A stretch of DNA of 33,374 bases from Candidatus Omnitrophota bacterium (lineage in GTDB: Bacteria; Omnitrophota; Gorgyraeia; Gygaellales; Profunditerraquicolaceae). Position 1 is the first letter of the stretch, and every line of letters begins with the position of its first letter. The translations under genes were made by a program, and so were the position numbers. Where the stretch lies: NCBI GenBank assembly GCA_020063525.1, contig JAGUUJ010000104.1:1-33374 (forward strand), written 5' to 3'. The notes beneath the pieces were generated by a model that was not told where the DNA came from, searched no databases, and was given only the letters and a program-made list of their open reading frames with translations. Below, piece by piece: positions 26,047 through 33,374 of the stretch.

Positions 26047-27189
26047 TTAATTCTGTATGATTTTGATGTAGGAGCGCTTTCTAAGTTCATCCAGCCATTT
26101 AGTTAATGCCTCCTGCATCTTTTTATTAAATAGCATCGAATAAATCTTATCTTGCACTTCAGATAAATTTTGATGCCGGGGAGGAATTATATTATTCAAT
26201 TTAAAAATATAATAATTATTTTCAATGGTTCGACTACGCTCACCATTGACACTGAGCGAAGCCGAAGTGTCAATTTTGATGGGTCTTGAAATTTGAGCTA
26301 AGTTTATTTTAAATACGGTATCTTCAATATCTTTTCTTAACTGGCCATTCCTTACGCAACTAAATTTATTTACGGTGAGGGAATATCTATCAGCTACGTC
26401 TTGTAATTCTTGACCGCTTTTTAACTGATCAAAAATCTCATTAGCCAAGCTTTCATTATCTATGGTTATGGATTCAAATTCCCGCTGTTCAGGCAATATG
26501 AATTTTTCAGTATTTTCCTGATAAAAATCAGTAACTTCTCCCGGCTTAATTATGATTTTGCTTCTTATTTCCATATCAATGACACTATACATAAGTAATT
26601 GTTCTCTTATTTTTGCCTCTATGTCTGCCTTGACCAAGCCTTGTTTAGTTAGGGAATTCTGAAATTCACTATCCGACCCATAATGTTTTATTATTTCGCT
26701 GACTCTCACTTTAATCCTATCGGGATTTATTTTGATATTGCCTCTTTTTGCCTCCTGCAAAATAAGACTGTCCTCAATTAACTTATCCAGTAAATCTAAT
26801 TTCATGGATTGTATTTTGGTTTCCAACTGCTCTCCCTTATATTCCGCGGCTAACTGTACGCGCATAAAATTGATAAAATCATTCAGGTCCTTTTGTGTAA
26901 TTATATCCTTATTCACGATGGCGATAATTTTATCCTGGGCAAATAATTCGTAACTGGTAGCTAGTAACTCGTAACTAGTAATAGCGAATAAAAACAGAAG
27001 GATCTTTAAAAAATTTAATTTTTTATGGTGTAGGAAAGTATAAAACACTTTCCTAATCCTAAAGGATAGACTTTCCCATCCTTTAAGGAAAGGTCTAACC
27101 ACTGAAAATCGCACCTTAAGGTTATCGCCGAAGGCGATTTTCTTGTTTTGTCTTATTGTTTTAACCATTGGGAATACCTGCCTTTTCAA
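26047..27189 (-). CDS. SurA-family periplasmic chaperone / parvulin-type peptidyl-prolyl isomerase (start uncertain)
   Basis: It has a SurA_N-like helical region followed by one parvulin-like domain, and the conserved surA-pdxA-ksgA neighbourhood. The maximal ORF starts at 27189. The first ~47 codons lie in a hairpin-dense stretch, so the real start is more likely the GTG at 27046-27048 (AGGA 8 nt upstream). That start gives a 333-aa protein with signal-peptide-like KKLNFLKILLFLFA. Confidence 0.75.
   Translation of the reverse strand: MKRQVFPMVKTIRQNKKIAFGDNLKVRFSVVRPFLKGWESLSFRIRKVFYTFLHHKKLNFLKILLFLFAITSYELLATSYELFAQDKIIAIVNKDIITQKDLNDFINFMRVQLAAEYKGEQLETKIQSMKLDLLDKLIEDSLILQEAKRGNIKINPDRIKVRVSEIIKHYGSDSEFQNSLTKQGLVKADIEAKIREQLLMYSVIDMEIRSKIIIKPGEVTDFYQENTEKFILPEQREFESITIDNESLANEIFDQLKSGQELQDVADRYSLTVNKFSCVRNGQLRKDIEDTVFKINLAQISRPIKIDTSASLSVNGERSRTIENNYYIFKLNNIIPPRHQNLSEVQDKIYSMLFNKKMQEALTKWLDELRKRSYIKIIQN
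26949..26983 (-). repeat. Tandem heptamers (C/G/A)GTA(A/G)CT in the signal-peptide region of the surA-like gene
   Basis: Plus strand reads CGTAACT GGTAGCT AGTAACT CGTAACT, followed by a degenerate AGTAATA. It encodes the duplicated TSYELLATSYEL peptide. Confidence 0.75.
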
Positions 27190-29059
27190 AATTACCGATT
27201 GCCTCTCTTAACAGCCTGCAATACAGGTCAAAACCAACTGTAGCGATAAAACCGTGCTGTTCTACACCCAAAAGATTACCCGCGCCCCTGATTTCCAGAT
27301 CTTCCATAGCAATCTTAAAACCCGCTCCTAACTCTGAGTATTCCTGGATTCCTTCGAGTCTTCTTTTTGCATCTGTATCCAGAACCTCTTTTTTAGGAAC
27401 GATGTAGTAAGCATAGGCGGGTTTATCGAATCTACCCACCCTTCCGCGAAGCTGATGCAAATCAGATAATCCAAAATGATGCGCATTATTGACGATAATG
27501 GTGTTGACATTCGGGATATCAATACCCGACTCTATAATCATCGTGCAAAGCAAAATATCTATTTTTGCTTTGAAAAAATCAAGCATTACTTTCTCTAAGA
27601 TATGTGCCGCCATTTGACCGTGCCCTATGGCAATCTTAATATTGGCTGGCAGGAGCCTGACAATCCTTTCTTTCACTTTTTCTATATCTTGAATACGATT
27701 GTGCACAAAATAAACCTGTCCTTTCCTGCCCAATTCCCGCAAAATTGCCTGACGGATAAGGTCTTCATCATATTCTATCACAATCGTCTTTATAGGCAAC
27801 CTATTTTGGGGAGGAGTATTAATTACGGATAAATCCTTTGTAGCCATCAAACTCATATATAACGTACGCGGGATAGGCGTGGCGGTTAAGGTAAGTACAT
27901 CGCAGGCTAATCTTAAGGCTTTTAATTTTTCTTTTGCCCTTACCCCAAAACGCTGTTCTTCATCTATAATCACAAGGCCTAAATCTTTGAATTTTACATC
28001 ATCGGATAATAATCGGTGCGTACCGATTATTATATCTACGCTGCCTTCGGCAATACCACGAACAATTTCTTCCTGTTGCGCCCTTGTTTTAAACCGCGAA
28101 AGCATCTGAATATTTATAGGAAAATCTCTAAGGCGGCTGCTAAAATTCTGATAATGCTGTTCGGCTAAAATTGTGGTGGGTACAAGATATGCCACCTGCT
28201 TATTATCCATCAATGCCTTGAAGCTTGCGCGCATTGCTACTTCGGTTTTGCCGTAACCGACATCGCCGCAAAGAAGCCTATCCATGGGTTTTGGCGACTC
28301 CATATCTGCCTTGACTTCCTGGGTTGCTTTTATCTGTCCCGGAGTTTCTGTATATTGAAAAGTAGCTTCGAATTGTTTCTGCCAATCTGTATCAGGAGAA
28401 TAAGTGAAACCGGACACGCTTAAACGCATTGCCTGTAAAGATAAAAGTTCCCAGGCAAGCTTACGTATCCCCCGCCTTGCCCTTTCTTTGGCCTTAAGCC
28501 ACTCTTTGGTGCCTAACCGATAAAGCTTTGGTTTTCTTATATGAAAAGCAATATATTTCTGCACTAAATGCATTGAGTTAACGGGTACATATAATTTTTC
28601 TTGTCGGTCGTATTCAATAACCAGATGGTCTTTATACCTATCGCCGATCTTTATTTTATCCAACCCTAAAAATCTCCCTATGCCGGCTTGAGTATGCACA
28701 ACATAATCGCCGATATTTAAATCCACAAAGTTTTCTACGGGTAAATCCTCGCTAAAGGTCGCGGTCTTAAGCGTGCGCGCCCGTTTTACCGGAAGGATAA
28801 TTACCATCTTATGTTCCCAGAGCGGATTTCCGTCAACAGGATTGAATGTTTTAATAGCTGCAACTTCATTCATATTTAACTCGATACGTATCGGAAGCTC
28901 AAAGGCAAAGGGAAATATATCAAAAATTTCACCGCGCCGGGAGAAATCCCCTTCCTCTAAAACAGTTTCCTGCCTCTTGTAGCCAAAATCAACCAAGGTT
29001 GCTAAAATATTCTCTAAATCAATAGTGGCACCTATGTATAATTTTAGGGATTTAAACAT
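27161..29059 (-). CDS. mfd: Transcription-repair coupling factor Mfd, short form (D2 + RID + translocase only)
   Basis: 632 aa from the ATG at 29057-29059 (the track uses a TTG at 29071). It has a UvrB-domain-2-like segment (GDFSRRGEIFDIFP), a CarD/RID motif (GDYVVHTQAGIGRFLGL), helicase motifs (GDVGYGKTEVA, DEEQRFGV, TATPIPRT) and the TRG region. It ends right after the translocase, with no D7. Confidence 0.88.
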   Translation of the reverse strand: MFKSLKLYIGATIDLENILATLVDFGYKRQETVLEEGDFSRRGEIFDIFPFAFELPIRIELNMNEVAAIKTFNPVDGNPLWEHKMVIILPVKRARTLKTATFSEDLPVENFVDLNIGDYVVHTQAGIGRFLGLDKIKIGDRYKDHLVIEYDRQEKLYVPVNSMHLVQKYIAFHIRKPKLYRLGTKEWLKAKERARRGIRKLAWELLSLQAMRLSVSGFTYSPDTDWQKQFEATFQYTETPGQIKATQEVKADMESPKPMDRLLCGDVGYGKTEVAMRASFKALMDNKQVAYLVPTTILAEQHYQNFSSRLRDFPINIQMLSRFKTRAQQEEIVRGIAEGSVDIIIGTHRLLSDDVKFKDLGLVIIDEEQRFGVRAKEKLKALRLACDVLTLTATPIPRTLYMSLMATKDLSVINTPPQNRLPIKTIVIEYDEDLIRQAILRELGRKGQVYFVHNRIQDIEKVKERIVRLLPANIKIAIGHGQMAAHILEKVMLDFFKAKIDILLCTMIIESGIDIPNVNTIIVNNAHHFGLSDLHQLRGRVGRFDKPAYAYYIVPKKEVLDTDAKRRLEGIQEYSELGAGFKIAMEDLEIRGAGNLLGVEQHGFIATVGFDLYCRLLREAIGNFEKAGIPNG

Positions 29060-29091
29060 AGTAATTACCAAACCCCTCTTGCGCCACCTAA

Positions 29092-31296
29092 TTATTGGCG
29101 GCCGCTTTTGGGGTTTGTGGCGAGAACTAAAGGTGAGGCAATGTAGACCGTAGAATATATTCCAGAAATAAAACCCACTAATAAAGCAAAGGCAAAATTA
29201 CTTAATACTTCTCCGCCGTAAAATAAAATAGCAAGGATAGTTAATAATGTAACTGTGGAAGTAAGCAGCGTCCTGCCTAGTGTCTGATTCACGCTTAAGT
29301 TTATAAGGTCGTACAGGGGTTGTTTACGTAAAAGGCGGCTATTTTCTCTCACTCTATCATAAATAACAATAGTGTCATTTATGGAATAACCTGCGATGGT
29401 TAAAAATGCAGTAACGCTTAAAAGGTCTATCTGCCTGCCTGTTATAGCCAAGAACCCCAATGCTACCGCTACGTCATGAATTAAGGCAATTACGCCTGCT
29501 GCTGCAAAGTTAAAGTGCTTAAATCTAAAAGCTACATAAATTAAGATCCCGGCTAACGACCAGACAAGGGCATATATAGCTTTTATCTTTAAATGCTTGC
29601 CGGCAACAGGACCAACGTGCTCTATCCTTAATATCTGTATATCCTGGTCAGGAAATTTTTCTTTTAATTTATTTGTGATAATATCAGTTTTATTCACAGA
29701 TGTCCTGATTAACACAACCTTGGGGTTGTCTTTAAATTGTTGTATAGAGGCATCGGCAAGGCCTAATTCCTTTAATACCTGGCGCACCGCATCTATAGTT
29801 ACAGGCACCTTAAAGCTATATTCCTGTAGTTCTCCGCCTGCAAAATCAATTCCATATGCCTGTTTGCCTTTTTTAAAAAAGAATATAAGTCCTAATGCTA
29901 TTACTACGATGGATATGGTATAAAAAATCCTTCTTTTACCGATAAAATCCAATTTTGTTTCCTTGATTAATCTTAGCATCGGAAGCGATTTTAACAATCC
30001 CCAACTTAAAAGAATTTCGAATATAGTGCGGGTAACTACAATAGCCGTAAACATACTGGCAATAAGGCCAATGGTTAAAGTCACGGCAAAACCCCTTATG
30101 GGCCCAGTTCCGAACTGAAATAGTAAAAACGCGGCAATAAGAGTAGTCAAGTTGGAATCAAAAATAGCGCTAAAAGCCCTATCATAACCATTGGATATGG
30201 CAGTGCGCAAAGTTTTTCCTGTGGATAATTCTTCTCTTATGCGTTCATTAATAAGCACATTGGCATCAACTGCCATGCCTAAAGATAATACTATACCGGC
30301 AATACCCGGTAAAGTTAAAGTTGCCGATACTCCGGGAAATAAAATTGGTAATATCCCCAAGCCGCCCAGGATAATAAGCAGGTTAAGCAAGAGCGCTGTA
30401 TCAGCAATAAGGCCGGCTAAGAGATAATAAGCAGCCATAAAAACAAACACAAGTATACTGCCGATGATGCTGGCTTTAACGCCTTTATTTATAGAATCCT
30501 GGCCTAATAAAGGGCCTACGGTCCTTTCTTCTTCTATATTCATAGGTGCGGGAAGAGCGCCTACTCTTAGGATAATGGCTAAATCCTGCGCCTGTTCAAC
30601 GGTAAAGCGGCCGGTTATTACTGCTTCGCCTGAAGGAATAGCTTCTTTTATACGCGGAGCAGACTGAATCTTTCCATCTAACACAATTGCCAATCTTTTG
30701 CCTATATTATCTGCGGTTATTTGAGCAAATTGCTTTGCGCCTTGCGCATTGAACTCTAAACCAACTACAGGCTCATTAAATTCACTCTGGCTAAAACGCA
30801 CAGAAGCCGAGGTCAAGGCATCACCGGTTAAAACTGCCTGTTTTTCTAATAATAAAGGCTCGTTGTCTTCCAGAGAGTATTTTAATTCATAACCTTCAGG
30901 CACATTACCCTGTCCTGCCTGCTTTAACTTATCCAAATCATTTGATACCAGTTTAAACTCAAGCAAAGCTGTTTTACCGATTATTTCTATAGCCCGGTCA
31001 CGGTCAGTAACTCCCGGCAGCTGCACCACAATCTCATCTTGCCCCTGTTTTTGTATGGAAGTCTCCCTAACGCCAAACTGGTCAATCCTGTTTCTAATTA
31101 CTTCTATTGCCCTATCAGCCGCATCTTCTTTTGCCTGGGCCGAAAGATGAGCGGTATCAACCTTAAGCAAAAGATGCATCCCGCCCCTTAAATCCAAACC
31201 TAAATTTATTCTCTTTTCTAAAGGGAAGGCAAAATACGCACAGGTTGCCAAAATACCCACAATAAAAATTATTTTGTAAATAAGCTTTCTTTCCAT
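29092..31296 (-). CDS. secDF: Fused protein-export membrane protein SecDF
   Basis: It has a SecD-type N-terminus (LGLDLRGGMHLLL) and periplasmic domain, then a SecF half (FIGKRRIFYTISIV..GIDFAGG), 12 TM-like segments in total. I place the start at the ATG at 31294-31296 (MERKLIYKII). The tracked start at 31344 would overlap yajC by 41 nt. Neither start has a clear SD. Confidence 0.9.
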   Translation of the reverse strand: MERKLIYKIIFIVGILATCAYFAFPLEKRINLGLDLRGGMHLLLKVDTAHLSAQAKEDAADRAIEVIRNRIDQFGVRETSIQKQGQDEIVVQLPGVTDRDRAIEIIGKTALLEFKLVSNDLDKLKQAGQGNVPEGYELKYSLEDNEPLLLEKQAVLTGDALTSASVRFSQSEFNEPVVGLEFNAQGAKQFAQITADNIGKRLAIVLDGKIQSAPRIKEAIPSGEAVITGRFTVEQAQDLAIILRVGALPAPMNIEEERTVGPLLGQDSINKGVKASIIGSILVFVFMAAYYLLAGLIADTALLLNLLIILGGLGILPILFPGVSATLTLPGIAGIVLSLGMAVDANVLINERIREELSTGKTLRTAISNGYDRAFSAIFDSNLTTLIAAFLLFQFGTGPIRGFAVTLTIGLIASMFTAIVVTRTIFEILLSWGLLKSLPMLRLIKETKLDFIGKRRIFYTISIVVIALGLIFFFKKGKQAYGIDFAGGELQEYSFKVPVTIDAVRQVLKELGLADASIQQFKDNPKVVLIRTSVNKTDIITNKLKEKFPDQDIQILRIEHVGPVAGKHLKIKAIYALVWSLAGILIYVAFRFKHFNFAAAGVIALIHDVAVALGFLAITGRQIDLLSVTAFLTIAGYSINDTIVIYDRVRENSRLLRKQPLYDLINLSVNQTLGRTLLTSTVTLLTILAILFYGGEVLSNFAFALLVGFISGIYSTVYIASPLVLATNPKSGRQ

Positions 31297-31303
31297 ATGT
31301 ATC

Positions 31304-31606
31304 TTAAGCTTTCTGGCCGACTTCGCCTTGCGCCCTTTTTGCATAAGCGATGGCGTTCTTCTCGATTTCCATCTTTACATTATCATCGATTCTTAAAATT
31401 ACAGTCTTATCTTTGACGTTTACAATTGTGCCATGAATCCCGCCTGAGGTCACTACCTCATCATTCTTATTAAGATTAGTGAGCATTTTACTATGCTCCT
31501 TCTCTTTTGCTTTTTGGGGCCGGATTAGCAAGAAATAAAAAATTACAAATATCAGAATAAGCGGGAATAAATTTACCAGGGGATTAACTTGTGCTGTCTG
31601 CGGCAT
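31304..31606 (-). CDS. yajC: Preprotein translocase subunit YajC
   Basis: 100 aa from the ATG at 31604-31606, preceded by AAGGAGG at 7-nt spacing. It has one TM helix, the IRPQKAK motif and TSGGIHGTIV. The tracked upstream extension overlaps rpsP. Confidence 0.9.
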   Translation of the reverse strand: MPQTAQVNPLVNLFPLILIFVIFYFLLIRPQKAKEKEHSKMLTNLNKNDEVVTSGGIHGTIVNVKDKTVILRIDDNVKMEIEKNAIAYAKRAQGEVGQKA

Positions 31607-31865
31607 TTTTTTCCTCCTTTTGCACAATAGCTTTAGATTTCTTGAGAAGATTTTTAACCGTGGTAGAAAGCTGAGCACCTTTTTTTATCCAAGAATCCAG
31701 CCGTTCCCTTTTTATTTTTATTGCCTCTGTTAACGGGTTATAAAAACCTATTTCTTCGATGAATCTGCCATCGCGTCCCCGGCGTTTATCAAAAACAGTA
31801 ATACGAAAATGCGGCCTTTTTTTGGGATTTTTACCTATTCTTCTTAGACGCACAACTACCGGCAT
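31584..31865 (-). CDS. rpsP: 30S ribosomal protein S16
   Basis: 93-aa ORF starting MPVVVRLRRIGKNPKKRPHFRITV.DKR..RDGRFIE.IG.YNP. Confidence 0.95.
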   Translation of the reverse strand: MPVVVRLRRIGKNPKKRPHFRITVFDKRRGRDGRFIEEIGFYNPLTEAIKIKRERLDSWIKKGAQLSTTVKNLLKKSKAIVQKEEKNAADSTS

Positions 31866-31879
31866 AACCTCGCTCCTTT

Positions 31880-33367
31880 CTAGTGATTAATTGCCTCGAT
31901 TAAAGCTCTTGCCTTATTAATGGATTCAAAATATTCTTTTTCCGGGACAGAATCCGCAACAATGCCTGCACCCGCCTGAATATATCCGATATTATCTTTA
32001 ATAATTATTGTTCTGATCGTGATACAGGTATCCATATTATGCGAGAAACTAAAATACCCTACACAACCGGCATAGGGCCCTCGCCTTAAATTTTCCAATT
32101 CATCGATAATTTCCATAGCGCGTATCTTGGGGCTTCCGGAAACTGTCCCTGCAGGAAAACAGGCTCTGAGACAATCGTAAACATCGTATCTTTTATCTAA
32201 ACTACCTTCTATCTCGCTTACCAGATGCATTACGTGGGAATATCTCTCAACTTGCATGAATTCGCTAACTTTAACCTCACCCTTTTTAGAGACCCTGCCT
32301 AAATCGTTTCTTCCTAAATCAACTAGCATAAGATGTTCTGCTTTCTCTTTGTTATCATTTAAAAGCTCTTGTTCTAATTTTAGGTCCCCTTTTTCAGTCT
32401 CGCCGCGAGGCCTTGTACCTGCAATCGGCCGCGTCTGCACAAGGCCGTCTTCACAACGCACAAGCATTTCAGGAGAAGAGCCGATTAAAATAACCTCATT
32501 CAATTTTAGAAAGAACATATAAGGAGACGGATTGATACTTCTCAGATTACGATAAATATCTAAAGGGTCTATATCTATATTTATTTTAAACCGTTGCGAT
32601 AAAACTGCCTGAATAATATCTCCTCTTTTTATATAACCCTTTGCCTTAGTAACCGCATCCTGAAATTCGGATTTCTTAAAATTAGAAATTATATTCTTAT
32701 GCTTACTCTTTTTCTTTTTATTTTCTTTCTCAATTAACGGCTTCTTTAAATCTCGGTGTATTGATTCTATCTTCTTAATGGCATTAGAATAAACATCTGT
32801 TTTCTTAACTTTGAGTGAGTTCTTTCTTTGTTTTGGCAATATTACGTTAACGATAATCTTTATAGTATGATTGACGTGGTCAAAAACCAGGATATTATCA
32901 GTCAATATAAAAATAGAATCAGGCAATTTTAAATCATCGGGATTTTTATCCGGTAACTTCTCAAAGAATCTTACCGTATCGTATCCGATATAACCCACAA
33001 AGCCGCCGTAAAAACGCGGCAATCCTTTTATATTTGCAGGCTTAAAATCTTTCATAATCTTTTTGAGCTCATCCAGCAGGTCTCCCGGCGTAACAAAACG
33101 CAAAGTCGATTTTCTGCCAGGATATATGAGCTGGATATTCTTTGCTTTGCTTTTGAAGATAATTGAGGGGTTACTTCCCAAAAAAGAATAGCGGGCAATC
33201 TTTTCCTGCCCTTCTACGGACTCAAGCAAAAACGCGTAGTTATCCTTTTTTAATTTTAAAAAGGCAGAGACCGGTGTATCCAAATCTGCGCTGATTTCTT
33301 TATAAACCGGTATGACATTGGCAGTTTTGGATAATCTTAAAAACTCTTTTAGCGATGGATAATACAT
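31880..33367 (-). CDS. trpE: Anthranilate synthase component I
   Basis: 495-aa ORF with chorismate-binding motifs (SSPEMLVR, RPIAGTRPRG, LVDLGRNDLGRV, GPYAGCVGY, IRT, GAGIVADS). Confidence 0.93.
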   Translation of the reverse strand: MYYPSLKEFLRLSKTANVIPVYKEISADLDTPVSAFLKLKKDNYAFLLESVEGQEKIARYSFLGSNPSIIFKSKAKNIQLIYPGRKSTLRFVTPGDLLDELKKIMKDFKPANIKGLPRFYGGFVGYIGYDTVRFFEKLPDKNPDDLKLPDSIFILTDNILVFDHVNHTIKIIVNVILPKQRKNSLKVKKTDVYSNAIKKIESIHRDLKKPLIEKENKKKKSKHKNIISNFKKSEFQDAVTKAKGYIKRGDIIQAVLSQRFKINIDIDPLDIYRNLRSINPSPYMFFLKLNEVILIGSSPEMLVRCEDGLVQTRPIAGTRPRGETEKGDLKLEQELLNDNKEKAEHLMLVDLGRNDLGRVSKKGEVKVSEFMQVERYSHVMHLVSEIEGSLDKRYDVYDCLRACFPAGTVSGSPKIRAMEIIDELENLRRGPYAGCVGYFSFSHNMDTCITIRTIIIKDNIGYIQAGAGIVADSVPEKEYFESINKARALIEAINH

Positions 33368-33374
33368 ATCTAGT

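Noticed and set aside
27124-27150. A terminator-like hairpin, ATCGCC-GAA-GGCGAT, followed by TTTTCTTGTTTTG on the plus strand.
   Set aside because: The T-tract is on the plus strand, which has no genes here. On the transcribed minus strand the stem is preceded by an A-tract and is not followed by U residues. The stem is only 6 bp. It is treated as part of the hairpin cluster.
51-32522. All plus-strand ORFs in the track, for example 51..269, 3500..3916, 9144..9635, 11456..11875, 16345..16743, 20695..21198, 22758..23207, 25550..25969 and 32256..32522.
   Set aside because: Each lies entirely antisense to a confidently identified minus-strand housekeeping gene. Their composition is low-complexity or Ser/Leu/Phe-rich and they have no recognisable motifs. 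These are typical shadow ORFs.
31880-33367. trpE standing alone next to rpsP as a possible sign of an unusual operon or a paralogue such as pabB or menF.
   Set aside because: The motifs fit TrpE-type chorismate-utilising enzymes, and the partner genes (trpG/D etc.) may lie upstream beyond the window edge. This cannot be judged from the window.
1-33374. A hidden novel protein system (defence, secretion, toxin, etc.) anywhere in the window.
   Set aside because: After assigning all long ORFs and translating the gaps on both strands, the only unassigned sequence is short structured or repetitive spacers. No orphan multi-gene cassette or compositionally foreign segment is visible.

Overview
The whole window is minus-strand housekeeping DNA from a moderately AT-rich bacterium. 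The gene set looks diderm (SurA-like chaperone, SecDF, PdxA), but I cannot assign a phylum from sequence alone. Read in the direction of transcription (33374 -> 1), the order is: trpE, rpsP, yajC, fused secDF, an unusually short mfd, a surA-like PPIase, pdxA (split by a 1-nt frameshift) and rsmA/ksgA. A promoter-like AT-rich gap follows. Then come tRNA-Thr(GGU), rpmG (49 aa, not in the ORF track), tRNA-Trp(CCA), secE, nusG, rplK-rplA-rplJ-rplL, rpoB-rpoC, rpsL-rpsG-fusA-tuf, and the S10/spc clusters from rpsJ to rpsE. Every long ORF that is not an antisense or alternate-frame shadow has a confident core-function assignment. I see no defence island, transposase, prophage, CRISPR array, toxin-antitoxin pair or unassigned gene cassette, so I do not claim a novel protein-coding system here. 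The unusual signal is non-coding. Most intercistronic gaps longer than about 40 nt in the ribosomal/RNAP region are filled from stop codon to start codon by repeated elements. These fall into at least five families (A-E below). Each is built from short words with 7-11 nt periodicity, arranged as a 5' arm plus a complementary 3' arm, which would give long segmented hairpins in the mRNA. One family ends in an 18-nt motif, GAGGAGCG(A/T)(T/A)AGCGACGA, that abuts the ATG of rplF, rpsQ and rpoB. Related heptamer arrays and a small palindrome also sit in frame inside pdxA and the surA-like gene. Secondary points are the A7 homopolymer frameshift in pdxA, a mini-Mfd lacking D1a/D1b/D3/D7, a structured rplK-rplA spacer, and a palindrome with promoter-like hexamers between rplW and rplB. 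All functional readings of the repeats are inference and need transcript mapping and comparative analysis.
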